Source of the DNA: Gammaproteobacteria bacterium
Lineage (GTDB): Bacteria; Pseudomonadota; Gammaproteobacteria; CBDBNL01; JAAOII01
Assembly: GCA_965209035.1 (NCBI GenBank)
Contig: OZ242372.1
Span: 1,984,001-2,048,000, forward strand
Reading direction: 5' to 3'
DNA length: 64,000 nt
Below, in pieces: positions 29,825 to 39,534 of the stretch. A program made the translations under genes and the position numbers. The notes beneath the pieces are model-generated. The model was not told the origin of the DNA. It made no database searches and worked only from the letters and a program-made list of their open reading frames with translations. The stretch's first letter is position 1; every line of letters begins with the position of its first letter.

Positions 29825-30247
29825 ATGAACGAGACAAATTCTCAACAAGAGACGCAAGAGGCACAAAAGGCACAAAAGGCACAAAAGATTGTGCGGCAAA
29901 TTAAGCAACAGATTGCCGATAACCCGATTCTTTTATATATGAAGGGGACACCGCAATTTCCCCAGTGCGGTTTTTCCGCCCGGGCGATTCAAATATTGTC
30001 GGAGTGCGGTCAAAAATTTTCTTACTTGAATATTTTGGAGCATCCGAATATTCGTTCGGCATTGCCGGTTTATGCCAAATGGCCGACCTTCCCGCAGCTG
30101 TATGTTGACGGTGAATTGATCGGCGGCAGTGATATCATTGCCGAGATGCATAGCAAGGGCGAACTCAGACCCTTGTTGGAAAAAGTGAGTGCGAAGAAAC
30201 AAACCTCTGCCGATTCGCAGCATAAAAAAGAATCACCGGGTGCATGA
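29825..30247 (+). CDS. grxD: Monothiol glutaredoxin Grx4
   Basis: [27 protein letters not shown]. Confidence 0.95.
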   Translation: MNETNSQQETQEAQKAQKAQKIVRQIKQQIADNPILLYMKGTPQFPQCGFSARAIQILSECGQKFSYLNILEHPNIRSALPVYAKWPTFPQLYVDGELIGGSDIIAEMHSKGELRPLLEKVSAKKQTSADSQHKKESPGA

Positions 30248-30314
30248 ACCGGGGGAACCGGGGACTCAGGTGACCCGGGGTAGCCTTAATAGCCCTGGCT
30301 CGGCCCCGCACACA

Positions 30315-31517
30315 ATGCAAGATTTACCGGATAACAACGGCCACTTTGGCGAATTCGGCGGTCGTTATGTGGCGGAAACCTTGATGCCGTTGATTCGTCA
30401 AACGGAGTCTTCTTATCACCATTTTCGCAAGGATCCGCAGTTTTGCAAGGAACTCGCTTATTATTTGAAGCATTATGTCGGGCGTCCTTCGCCGCTCTTT
30501 TTTGCCGCAAACATCACCCGAGCCTGGCAAGGCGGTAAGGTTTATTTTAAACGCGAAGATCTCAATCATACCGGGGCCCACAAGATCAACAATTGCCTGG
30601 GACAGGTATTGTTGGCAAAGCGGATGGGGTGCAAGCGGATCATCGCGGAGACAGGCGCCGGGCAGCACGGAGTGGCGACGGCTACCGTCTGTGCGCTGCT
30701 GAACCTTCCTTGTATTGTTTATATGGGCGCGACGGATATTAAGCGTCAGATGCCCAATGTGCACCGAATGGAATTATTGGGTGCGGAGGTGCGGCAGGTG
30801 AACGAAGGTTCTTCTTCTTTGAAGGATGCGATGAATGCGGCCCTGCGCGATTGGACGGCAAATGTTATGGACACTTTTTATGTGATTGGCTCGGTTGCGG
30901 GGCCGCATCCTTACCCGTGCATGGTACGTGATTTTCAAACGATTATCGGCGAAGAACTTAAGGAGCAGATTTTGGAGGCGGAAGGACGACTGCCCGATCT
31001 CATCGTCGCGTGTGTGGGGGGTGGCTCAAATGCGATTGGTATTTTTTACCCGTTTCTCCGGGAGGAGAAGGTGCGGCTGGTGGGTGTGGAGGCGGCCGGC
31101 TTGGGATTGGCGAGCGGAGCACATGCCGCTGCAATTAGCGGGGGCGAAGCGGGAGTGCTGCACGGAAGTAAGAGTTACTACTTGCAAGACGAAGACGGTC
31201 AGATACTGGAGGCACACTCTATTTCGGCGGGGCTGGATTATCCGGGCATAGGACCGGAACACGCCCATCTGCATAGGACCGGCCGGGTGGAATATTTAAG
31301 CGCGACGGATGCGGAGGCCTTGCACTATTTTCGTTTTTGTACCCGAGAAGAAGGGATAATTCCCGCCTTGGAGCCGGCCCATGCGTTGGCACGGGCGGCC
31401 GAATTGATCGGCGAACTTGCGGAGGATCAAATTGCGGTGGTTAACATGTGCGGTCGCGGCGATAAGGATATGGGGATTCTCGCCGCGGAGACTTCAAAGG
31501 AGAGACATCCAAAATAG
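30315..31517 (+). CDS. trpB: Tryptophan synthase beta chain
   Basis: [41 protein letters not shown]; start reassigned to ATG 30315. Confidence 0.97.
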   Translation: MQDLPDNNGHFGEFGGRYVAETLMPLIRQTESSYHHFRKDPQFCKELAYYLKHYVGRPSPLFFAANITRAWQGGKVYFKREDLNHTGAHKINNCLGQVLLAKRMGCKRIIAETGAGQHGVATATVCALLNLPCIVYMGATDIKRQMPNVHRMELLGAEVRQVNEGSSSLKDAMNAALRDWTANVMDTFYVIGSVAGPHPYPCMVRDFQTIIGEELKEQILEAEGRLPDLIVACVGGGSNAIGIFYPFLREEKVRLVGVEAAGLGLASGAHAAAISGGEAGVLHGSKSYYLQDEDGQILEAHSISAGLDYPGIGPEHAHLHRTGRVEYLSATDAEALHYFRFCTREEGIIPALEPAHALARAAELIGELAEDQIAVVNMCGRGDKDMGILAAETSKERHPK

Positions 31518-31538
31518 GATCCTCTGTTAGAGGATCCT
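31516..31538. terminator. Hairpin between convergent genes
   Basis: AGGATCCTCT-GTT-AGAGGATCCT perfect 10-bp stem; no clear T tract. Confidence 0.45.
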
Positions 31539-31567
31539 CCCAAAAAGCCACCGGATGCCCGGGGAAT

Positions 31568-32869
31568 CTAAAAAGTAAAGCCGACATAAAAACTAAAAAA
31601 GTCACTTTTGTAGCGATTATTGTGACTGTAAAAAACACCGATCGCCGGAACATTTACTTTCAGTAGGCGCACATAACTTGCAATCCCAACCGCCGCGTAG
31701 GTTAGTTCCGATGTCGGAATATGCGGTGTTTCCCACAAATGACCCGCGTCAACAAAAGGGCCTGCCGTCCAATAACCGTATCTGCCCGAGGTGATGGGCA
31801 TTTGATAATCCAATCCCAGGGTTGCGTATGCTTTTCCCCAGGCACCGTCCGAGGGGATGCCGCGCGAACCGATATCGTTGCCTACTCTTAGATGGTCGTC
31901 TATGTTGACATGACTGCGCGCCCCGGCACCCGCGCTGACTTGCAGAAAATGTTTTTTGTAAGTGGGGTGGGTGCTTGTTAACTCAAACAAAAGAGCACTT
32001 TCCAACGGATCCGAGTCGTCCCGCCATGCTTGTTGATGCCAAGTCAGGAGAAGCTGTGAGCCGGCCTCATAATAGTATTTGAACTCCGTATCTTCCCATT
32101 CAAGGGCAAGGTTAAAGTTTTGCGAGTTAACCGCGGGTGTTGATTCAATTTTGGTGCCGTTGGAGAATTCTCCGTCCGAAAACCTCAGAGAGGCCGGAGC
32201 ATAGCCATAGGACAAGGAAAGTTGATCATTAATATGATGTTTGAGTCGCAGCCAGAAGAAACGAAAGATTTCCCGGGTGCGAAAAATCCACCTCTCTTTA
32301 TCGTAGTTGTATATCCTGGCATCTCTGTTCCATAAAATAAAATCCAAATCAAACTTCCCGGCTGCATCGATGTACGGAATTCTAAAGAAAGTCGCATAGG
32401 TATTTAAGTTACTGTCTAGTCCGCGATTGTAGAGCACGCCGATTTCATTGCCAACGCCGCCGAGATTGGTTTCGTATAACAACAAGCCGATCTTGTTGTC
32501 CGCCGCTTCTTCGCTTTGCACATAACTGGGAAGAATAAGAAATGTCCATTTTTCTTTGACTACAATTGTGATCTTTTGCTCGTCATAGCGTGTAACCAGC
32601 AGATCTTCCAGAAAATCTGCCTTATGAAGCAAGCATTGGCGCAGTTGTCGGATGGCCTCGGCAGTGCGAAATGTCGGGTCGGGGTCCTTGTTTATTTCTT
32701 TTTGATCCCGACTTGCTATGCACCCTGTGGCAAGTTTTTGCAGATAACGCTCCTTGGTTCTTTTGTTGCCGGTAATTTCTATTTCGGCTGCCTTCAAGGG
32801 CAGTATCCATACAAGCAAGCAAATAGGCAGTGCAAAACATCGCAGGACCTTGCCAAACAAGCCGCACAT
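31568..32869 (-). CDS. Omp85-superfamily-like outer-membrane beta-barrel protein with one POTRA-like domain
   Basis: Signal peptide; IEITGNKRTK...IVVKEKW POTRA pattern, ETNLGG, SRG, FVDAG, C-terminal YVGFTF beta-signal. Confidence 0.65.
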   Translation of the reverse strand: MCGLFGKVLRCFALPICLLVWILPLKAAEIEITGNKRTKERYLQKLATGCIASRDQKEINKDPDPTFRTAEAIRQLRQCLLHKADFLEDLLVTRYDEQKITIVVKEKWTFLILPSYVQSEEAADNKIGLLLYETNLGGVGNEIGVLYNRGLDSNLNTYATFFRIPYIDAAGKFDLDFILWNRDARIYNYDKERWIFRTREIFRFFWLRLKHHINDQLSLSYGYAPASLRFSDGEFSNGTKIESTPAVNSQNFNLALEWEDTEFKYYYEAGSQLLLTWHQQAWRDDSDPLESALLFELTSTHPTYKKHFLQVSAGAGARSHVNIDDHLRVGNDIGSRGIPSDGAWGKAYATLGLDYQMPITSGRYGYWTAGPFVDAGHLWETPHIPTSELTYAAVGIASYVRLLKVNVPAIGVFYSHNNRYKSDFFSFYVGFTF

Positions 32870-32875
32870 ATGGTG

Positions 32876-34147
32876 TTAGGAGAACGCCGGAAGTTGCTTC
32901 TTGACTTGTTGTTTTGACAAGGTGGACGCGGCCGGAATACCGTTTTTTTGGTATACGGGATATCGTTCGCCCCAGATCAGAGGAGCATAGTAAGCATATG
33001 CCTCCGCGGTCATGTTATAGCCGTCCGCGGTCAGGTAGTTGTCCGGCAGTGTTTTCTTGTAATTCGCAATGCGATCAAGTGAAACATGCCCTGTTTCCCA
33101 ACGAAAGGGGGAGTCGCTCCGGCGTTCTATGGTTACCATCACTGATTTTTTTCCTTCCAAGGCAAGTTGGACGGCCCGAGTGCCTACCCGTTGAGCCATC
33201 TCATAATCGGTGTTGCTGACCAGATGGCCGGCGGCACGCTGCATGTAGCAGGGAATTGCCAGTTGATACTTGTATCCGAGAACGGTTTTAATATTTTGTG
33301 CCAAAACGATGCCGACTCCGCCGAGTTGTTGATGACCAAAATCATCCGAGACAGTCTGACTTGCGTGCAGATAATCTCCGTTTGGGTCTCGCAAACCTTC
33401 GGATGTGACGATGACGCAGTAACCGATTTTCTTGACCCAAGCATCCACTTTGTTTAGGAATTCCGACATTTGCAGCGGTCGTTCCGGCACCAGAGTGATG
33501 TGTGGCGGGTCTTCTGCCTGTTTTTTTATTAAGACACCGCTGCCTGCCAACCAGCCGCTGTCTCTGCCCATGGTTTCCATGATAAACACTTTGGTGGATG
33601 TTCCGCAAATGGAGACCACGTCGGCACTACTCTCACGCAGAGATACAGCCAGATACTTTGCCGCCGAGCCGAAGCCCGGCGATGTGTCCGTGTGGATCAG
33701 ATCGTTGTCGATGGTTTTTGGAATACCGATACAACAGACTTCCATTCCCCGTTGTTCGCAATAACGGGCAATTTTGTCGGAAGTGTCTTGGGAGTCGTTT
33801 CCCCCGTTGTAGAAGAAGTAGCCGATATTGTGCGCTTTAAATACTTCATACATACGACGATATTCTTTGTCGTTTTTGGCGGCGTCTTGTAACTTGTATC
33901 GGCAGGTGCCAAAAAACGCACCCGGGACATTTGCGACAGAACGCAGATCCTCTTCCGGTTCCGGAGTGACATCGTAGAGTGCTTCGTTTAAGACGCCGGT
34001 AATTCCGCCGGCAGCGGCATAAGTGTTTTTTATATGTTCGGGGTGTTTGCGCGCCTCACCCAACAGGGCGGCGGCGGTCACATTGATGACCGCGGTGGCG
34101 CCGCCGGATTGGGCGTACAAAATGTTTGCGGGAAGGGATTTTTTCAT
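32876..34147 (-). CDS. pfp: Pyrophosphate-dependent phosphofructokinase
   Basis: YAQSGG, GGNDS and PKTIDND (Asp/Lys pair marking PPi specificity), METMGR. Confidence 0.85.
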   Translation of the reverse strand: MKKSLPANILYAQSGGATAVINVTAAALLGEARKHPEHIKNTYAAAGGITGVLNEALYDVTPEPEEDLRSVANVPGAFFGTCRYKLQDAAKNDKEYRRMYEVFKAHNIGYFFYNGGNDSQDTSDKIARYCEQRGMEVCCIGIPKTIDNDLIHTDTSPGFGSAAKYLAVSLRESSADVVSICGTSTKVFIMETMGRDSGWLAGSGVLIKKQAEDPPHITLVPERPLQMSEFLNKVDAWVKKIGYCVIVTSEGLRDPNGDYLHASQTVSDDFGHQQLGGVGIVLAQNIKTVLGYKYQLAIPCYMQRAAGHLVSNTDYEMAQRVGTRAVQLALEGKKSVMVTIERRSDSPFRWETGHVSLDRIANYKKTLPDNYLTADGYNMTAEAYAYYAPLIWGERYPVYQKNGIPAASTLSKQQVKKQLPAFS

Positions 34148-34221
34148 AGTTTGATCACGGCTTTATCATTTCAGGTTTTCGCAGGTTTACGGTCTTGTTT
34201 TTGAACTTTTACGAATTTTTA

Positions 34222-35145
34222 TCAGAATGCCTCTCGCAGCCATCTGCATATGTGAAAGTTCAGAAGCGTTTCATTAAGAGTGTAAAAATGAAAATCACGC
34301 ACGCCTTCTTCCGTTAGTCGGGTGATCTGATGGCTGAGAATGTTCATTGCCAGAAGTTTGCGGTCCAATGTATCGTCCGTAATCTCTTCATACATTCTTA
34401 ACAGGAAATCCGGGATACTCACGCGACACTTTTGGGCGAACGTGCAAACTTTGGAAAAGTTAAGTATCGGTAAGATGCCGGGAATGACCGGCTTGGTGAT
34501 GCCGGCCGCGGTAACCTTGTCACGAAATCTTAGAAAGATTTCGGGGTCCAAAAAAAACTGGGTGATTGCCCGATGGGCGCCGGCATTTAGCTTTTCTTTG
34601 AGGTATTGGATATCTTGCCGGGATGATGATGCTTCCGGATGGGTTTCCGGATAGGCGGCCACACTGATATCAAAACCGTCGCTTTCCGCCAGCATTTCGA
34701 CCAGCGCGACAGCCTGCGTTAATCCGCCTTTCTTTGAAGGCTGATTTGAGGGCATGGCGGTCGATGCCTTGGGGGGGTCGCCGCGCAACGCAACCACTTG
34801 ACAGAGATGCTGTTTTTTGTAGTTTGTGATTTCCGCGCGCATCGCTGCGGGGGTTTTATTCAAACAGGTCATATGCGCCGCCGGCTTGCCGCCGAGTTCG
34901 CGCACCTTAATGCAGGTTTCTTCGGTAAGACGTGCGGTGTTTCCAAAAGCACCGCAGGTGACGCTGATGAAGGTAGGCTTGAGTTTGCAAAAAACCTCCA
35001 CGGCATGCCAATGCTGTTTTAGTTTCTGCGGATCATGGGGCGGGAAAATTTCCAAACTGTAATTGATGCCATTCCCGTGCCCATTCTCATTTCCATTTCC
35101 ATTTCCATTTCCATTTCGATGCCTATTTCTGTCGGGTTCAGACAT
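34222..35145 (-). CDS. metF: 5,10-methylenetetrahydrofolate reductase
   Basis: SLEIFPP, ALRGDPP, AAYPETHPE, ITQFF, FHFYTLN. Confidence 0.95.
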   Translation of the reverse strand: MSEPDRNRHRNGNGNGNGNENGHGNGINYSLEIFPPHDPQKLKQHWHAVEVFCKLKPTFISVTCGAFGNTARLTEETCIKVRELGGKPAAHMTCLNKTPAAMRAEITNYKKQHLCQVVALRGDPPKASTAMPSNQPSKKGGLTQAVALVEMLAESDGFDISVAAYPETHPEASSSRQDIQYLKEKLNAGAHRAITQFFLDPEIFLRFRDKVTAAGITKPVIPGILPILNFSKVCTFAQKCRVSIPDFLLRMYEEITDDTLDRKLLAMNILSHQITRLTEEGVRDFHFYTLNETLLNFHICRWLREAF

Positions 35146-37444
35146 GTTGTTTGCGCATTGTTTTTGCCGCCGCAACCATATTTTTCAACGCGGGTGTGCA
35201 TTCTTTCCAGTGGCGGGTTTTCAGACCGCAATCCGGATTAACCCACAGGCGTCGCGGGTCAATTCTTTTTGCCGCCAATCTTAGCAGTTCCTCCATAGAT
35301 GCTTCGTTCGGGATTAAAGGCGAATGGATGTCGTAAACACCGGGACCTATATCGTTGGGATACTTAAATGTATCAAACACATTTAAGAGTTCCATTTTGG
35401 AACGAGAGCATTCAATGGAAATCACATCCGCATCCAACTTGGCTATGGAATCAATGATGTCATTGAACTCGCTGTAACACATGTGGGAGTGAATTTGTGT
35501 TTCGTCTTTGGCAACCGAAGAGGCAAGACGGAACGAGGCAACCGCCCAGTCCAAATATTCCGGCCAGTCGCTTTTACGCAAAGGCAGTCCTTCGCGCAAT
35601 GCGGGCTCGTCTATTTGAATGATGCACAGACCATTTTTTTCCAGATCCGCAACCTCATCGCGTAATGCCAATCCCAGTTGGGATGCGGTCTGTTTTCTCG
35701 GGACATCGTCGCGCACAAAAGACCAGCACAGAATGGTGACAGGGCCTGTGAGCATTGCTTTCATCGGTCGGTCGGTCAGGCTTTGCGCATAAACCGACCA
35801 GTCCACGGTCATCTGTTTGGGGCGCGAGATATCGCCGTAAATGATCGGCGGCTTGACGCATCTTGAGCCGTAACTTTGCACCCAGCCATTGGCCGTGATT
35901 GCCGTGCCGTCCAACAACTCACCAAAATACTCAACCATGTCGTTGCGTTCCGGTTCGCCGTGGACCAAAACATCCAATTGCATTTCCAGTTGTTTGTCCA
36001 CAACACTTTTGATTTCGGCACGCATGGCTTCCCGATAATTTTCGCGGTCCAGCCGGCCGCGTTTAAATTCACCGCGGAGGCGGCGGATCTCCGCGGTTTG
36101 CGGGAAGGATCCGATGGTGGTGGTCGGAAAGTTGGGCAGATTGAGAACCTTGCGTTGCAGTTCGCTGCGTTCGGTAAATGCCGAATTCCTTTGCATCATC
36201 GCCGGGGTGATCCGTTGCATCCTCTCGGCAACATCCTGTTTGTGAATTCGGCCGGAACTCCGACGAGAGGCAATTGCCCGGTCCGCCGATTCGGTTGCCT
36301 TTTGGACATCCGGGTCTTTTGGGTCCGACATTCCTTTGCCAAGGCCCTTACCAAGGACAGACACTTCCTTGCATTTTTGAACGGCAAAAGCGAACCAATC
36401 GCAGATCTCCGGATCCGCAAAGGTGTTGCTTTCACTTTCCAGGTCCACCGGGCAGTGCATGAGTGAGCAGGAGGAGCCGACCCACAGGTTGTTGCGCTTG
36501 CCGGCATGCTCGCGGAGTTGGGTGAGCATATTACTTAAATTGGCACGCCAGATATTTCTGCCGTCTATTGCCCCGACCGATAACACCTGTTCGTCCGGCT
36601 GTGTGTCGGCGAGAAGTTTCCATTCTTCGCCGCAAATCGCATCCAGATGTATTCCGGCTACGGGAAGTTGTTTCAAAAGATCAAGGTTGTCGCGCAGTTC
36701 GCCGAAATATACGGTGAGTAGCAAGGACGGGGATTCGTTTGAATCCAACGTCGCGTATACTTGCCGAAATGCCTCCTTCCAATCGTTATTGAGATCTAAC
36801 GCCAGAATCGGCTCGTCTATTTGGACCCACTCAACTCCGAGTTGTTTAATTTTTGCGAGGAGTTCGCCGTAAAAAACCGTTAACTTGCTTAACAGAGTTA
36901 ACTTGTCAAACGCGTCGCCGTTTTGGTCGTTACATTTGGCAAGCCATAAGTAAGTCAGCGGGCCTGTCAGAACCGCCTTTACTTTGTGACCTTCTTTTCG
37001 GGCTTCCGATATTTCATTGAGCAGAGGAGCATAAGAAAGAGAGAACTCCTGGTCTTTGTTCAGTTCCGGCACTATGTAATGATAGTTGGTGTTAAACCAT
37101 TTGGTCATCTCGCAGGCGTGTGCGTCCTTGCCGCTTGGGGCACGGCCGCGTGCCATGCGAAACATCGTATCCAATCCCGGTGTCTCGTCGTTTGCAAATC
37201 TTGCCGGGATGACCCCCGCCATGAGCGAAAGATTAAGCATATGATCATACCAGGCGAAGTCGCCGACGGTCACATAATCCAGGCCTGACTTGGCTTGGAT
37301 ATTCCAATTGGTTTTACGAATTTCCGCTCCCTGTGTGTGCAGTTGATCCGCATTGATTTTACCGCTCCAATAGGCTTCCAAAGATTTTTTATATTCTCTG
37401 TTCGGGCCCAGACGCGGAAAACCGAGTATGTGTGTTTTAAGCAT
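35138..37444 (-). CDS. metE: Cobalamin-independent methionine synthase
   Basis: LGFPRLG, MTKWFNTNYHY, TTTIGSFPQT, HGEPERNDMV, HMCYSEF, NPDCGLKTR. Confidence 0.98.
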   Translation of the reverse strand: MLKTHILGFPRLGPNREYKKSLEAYWSGKINADQLHTQGAEIRKTNWNIQAKSGLDYVTVGDFAWYDHMLNLSLMAGVIPARFANDETPGLDTMFRMARGRAPSGKDAHACEMTKWFNTNYHYIVPELNKDQEFSLSYAPLLNEISEARKEGHKVKAVLTGPLTYLWLAKCNDQNGDAFDKLTLLSKLTVFYGELLAKIKQLGVEWVQIDEPILALDLNNDWKEAFRQVYATLDSNESPSLLLTVYFGELRDNLDLLKQLPVAGIHLDAICGEEWKLLADTQPDEQVLSVGAIDGRNIWRANLSNMLTQLREHAGKRNNLWVGSSCSLMHCPVDLESESNTFADPEICDWFAFAVQKCKEVSVLGKGLGKGMSDPKDPDVQKATESADRAIASRRSSGRIHKQDVAERMQRITPAMMQRNSAFTERSELQRKVLNLPNFPTTTIGSFPQTAEIRRLRGEFKRGRLDRENYREAMRAEIKSVVDKQLEMQLDVLVHGEPERNDMVEYFGELLDGTAITANGWVQSYGSRCVKPPIIYGDISRPKQMTVDWSVYAQSLTDRPMKAMLTGPVTILCWSFVRDDVPRKQTASQLGLALRDEVADLEKNGLCIIQIDEPALREGLPLRKSDWPEYLDWAVASFRLASSVAKDETQIHSHMCYSEFNDIIDSIAKLDADVISIECSRSKMELLNVFDTFKYPNDIGPGVYDIHSPLIPNEASMEELLRLAAKRIDPRRLWVNPDCGLKTRHWKECTPALKNMVAAAKTMRKQHV

Positions 37445-37508
37445 TATTAGTAGTTTGTCTTTTTGTGTTTTTGATAATAATAAAACTGTAATGCGGCTTA
37501 TTTAAGCT

Positions 37509-38138
37509 TTAAGCCGCGCGTGCTCTTTTTTGCCGCAAATAACGAATCCCGCGATAAGTTTCCAAAAGAAGCAGCGGTGTGAAGTGCACCGCAGCGGGGC
37601 CTATGCCTTCGCCGTCTTTCAGTAATAACCAGTGCAAGGCGGTTGCGATTGCGGACACATACACCAGACGGTGCAGATTCTTCCAAGGGACACCGCCTAA
37701 CTTTCTGACAGCCCAATCGGCGCTGGTGACCGCCAGGGGAGTAAAAATGACAAAGGCGACCCAGCCGGCAATGATACGCGGTTGGCTGATTTCTTCGGCG
37801 ATGCCTGCAATTTGGTGTTCTAATATATAGGCGGTCACATGCGTGAGTGCCAGACAGAAGGCACCAACACCGAAATAACGCCGGTGCCGTGCCATCCATT
37901 GCACGATACGACTTTTGGGAAAAACGAGTCTCAGCGGCGATACCAGCATGGCGAGAATCATCAGACGAATGGCACTCTCGCCGCTTGTATGCATCAATTC
38001 TTTGAATTCTCGCGCCGAAAACGGGTAATTAAAAAGTTGCAGAACGGGAGACAAAGCCAGCAGGGCAATGAGAATCCATAAAAAATACTTGCCGGAGACA
38101 TATTTACCGAATACCGGGGGAAAAAAGTTGCTCATCAT
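37509..38138 (-). CDS. MsrQ/YedZ-like heme-binding ferric reductase membrane protein
   Basis: RRYFGV, conserved His, PLAVTS, WKNLHRLVY...LHW. Confidence 0.8.
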   Translation of the reverse strand: MMSNFFPPVFGKYVSGKYFLWILIALLALSPVLQLFNYPFSAREFKELMHTSGESAIRLMILAMLVSPLRLVFPKSRIVQWMARHRRYFGVGAFCLALTHVTAYILEHQIAGIAEEISQPRIIAGWVAFVIFTPLAVTSADWAVRKLGGVPWKNLHRLVYVSAIATALHWLLLKDGEGIGPAAVHFTPLLLLETYRGIRYLRQKRARAA

Positions 38139-38238
38139 TTTTTATTATTATAATCGGAAAGATTGAGTTTGCACTTGCTTAAACCCAAAATGCAGCCGTA
38201 AACAGAAACGACAGAGCCTTATAAGATAACACCAAAAG

Positions 38239-38319
38239 TGTATCATCCCACCCGGCCGGCACTTTTGGCATCATCCCGGCAAGGTTTTGAAATCGGAGTG
38301 TGGTGCATCCTCAGATCAA
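38239..38319 (+). repeat. Degenerate IS481 end-like motifs (IRR-like then IRL-like)
   Basis: tgtatcatcccaccc..cacttttg resembles the IRR; gcatcatcccggcaaggttttg..gcatcctcagatcaa resembles the IRL plus internal gcgtcctcagatcaa. Confidence 0.55.
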
Positions 38320-38337
38320 AGAGCCGCCGAAATAGGG

Positions 38338-39060
38338 TGTGAATTCAACCCTCCGGTGCAACACGGGTTACTAAATTATAATCCACTCCGGTCTCTGCTG
38401 AAAAGACCTCGGCGGGTGTTCTAAATCCGAGTCGCTTGCGCGGTCGTTGATTAAGTCGGTGAATGACCCAAGGCAGTTTCTGTCGGCTCTGTTCATTCAG
38501 TGGTGCCGCGCTCCCGGCTGTGATAGGGACGCGCGCAGTAAGTATTGCAGCCTAACTGCTCGGCGACTTGCCGATGCCCGCAGAACTCTTTCCCGTTGTC
38601 AAAGGTGAGGGTATGCGTCCGCGCGCGTAACGAGTAAAATAAATTCACGATCGCGGCACCGATGGTTTCCTTGGTGCGGTCTTTGAGATAGGCACTCAAA
38701 GTGATGCCGGTTTTGCGCTCAACCGGAGTGGGTAAGGAGCCGCTCCGGTTGCTACCATGCATGGTGTCCGCTTCCCGGTGCCCGGTGTTCTTTCGGCTTT
38801 CTACCTCGGCCGGTCTTTCCTCCAATGCCAACCCGCCCGTGGATCTGCCCGCGGCCGGCGTTGGTGCCACCCCGACAACGTTTCCGCTTACCTTGAGGAC
38901 GTAGGTGCCGATACCAGGCGCCGCCATGGCGTTTATCCGACCAGAGCCATTGATAAATGGTCTCAGCCGAGACACAATCGGTCCCTTGGCGCCGCAACGT
39001 TTGGCTGATCTGCTCCGGACGCCACTCCTGAGCGAGTCGCCGGGTGATCGACCGGAGCCC
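38338..39060 (-). pseudogene. Frameshifted, 5'-truncated IS30-family transposase with right end
   Basis: Across frames: WSPEQI, VSAETIYQW, EERP, EADT, ERKT, TLTFDNGKEF, PYHSRERG, LNQRPRKRLGFRTPAEVF; terminal gttgcaccggagggttgaattcaca. Confidence 0.9.
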
Positions 39061-39534
39061 CTTTTTTTAGTTACTTGAATTTACAGTTAGAGTAAAGCAA
39101 TCCGGGCGGTAAACCCGCCGCCCCGACACTTCGGTGTCATCTAATCTAATAATCTAACAAATCTGCCTAACTAACTCATCCGCCCACCCGCCCGGTGCTT
39201 CGGCAACCGAACGATCGAACAAAGCACTGTTACAATCACCGACATCATCCGCCCGTCCATCTGCCCGTCCGGGCAAGATCACCGGTTTGTGCTGAATGCG
39301 TCGGACCCTAATTCGTGCGGGCAATATCAAACTGTCAAACTGTCCGGCATCCCCGCTATGCACTCCGGCAACTCCCACAGATCCCACAGATGCGCTTCGG
39401 GCAGCAACACGCAAAAACATAAGAGCCGAAAACCGAGTGGGATGGGATAATTGCCTGTGCAAAGAGATAAATTGTTATAAAATGACTTACTATGGACTAC
39501 CGGAAAAATGAAATAACAAACTTGTTGGGTTGGA

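Noticed and set aside
37445-38340. Cobalamin or SAM riboswitch ahead of metE
   Set aside because: Only 64 bp precede metE, and the region upstream of the msrQ-like gene shows IS-end relics rather than riboswitch consensus.
39060-39534. Leucine attenuator, RNase P, tmRNA or 6S RNA
   Set aside because: No Leu-rich leader ORF and none of the conserved signatures were found on either strand.
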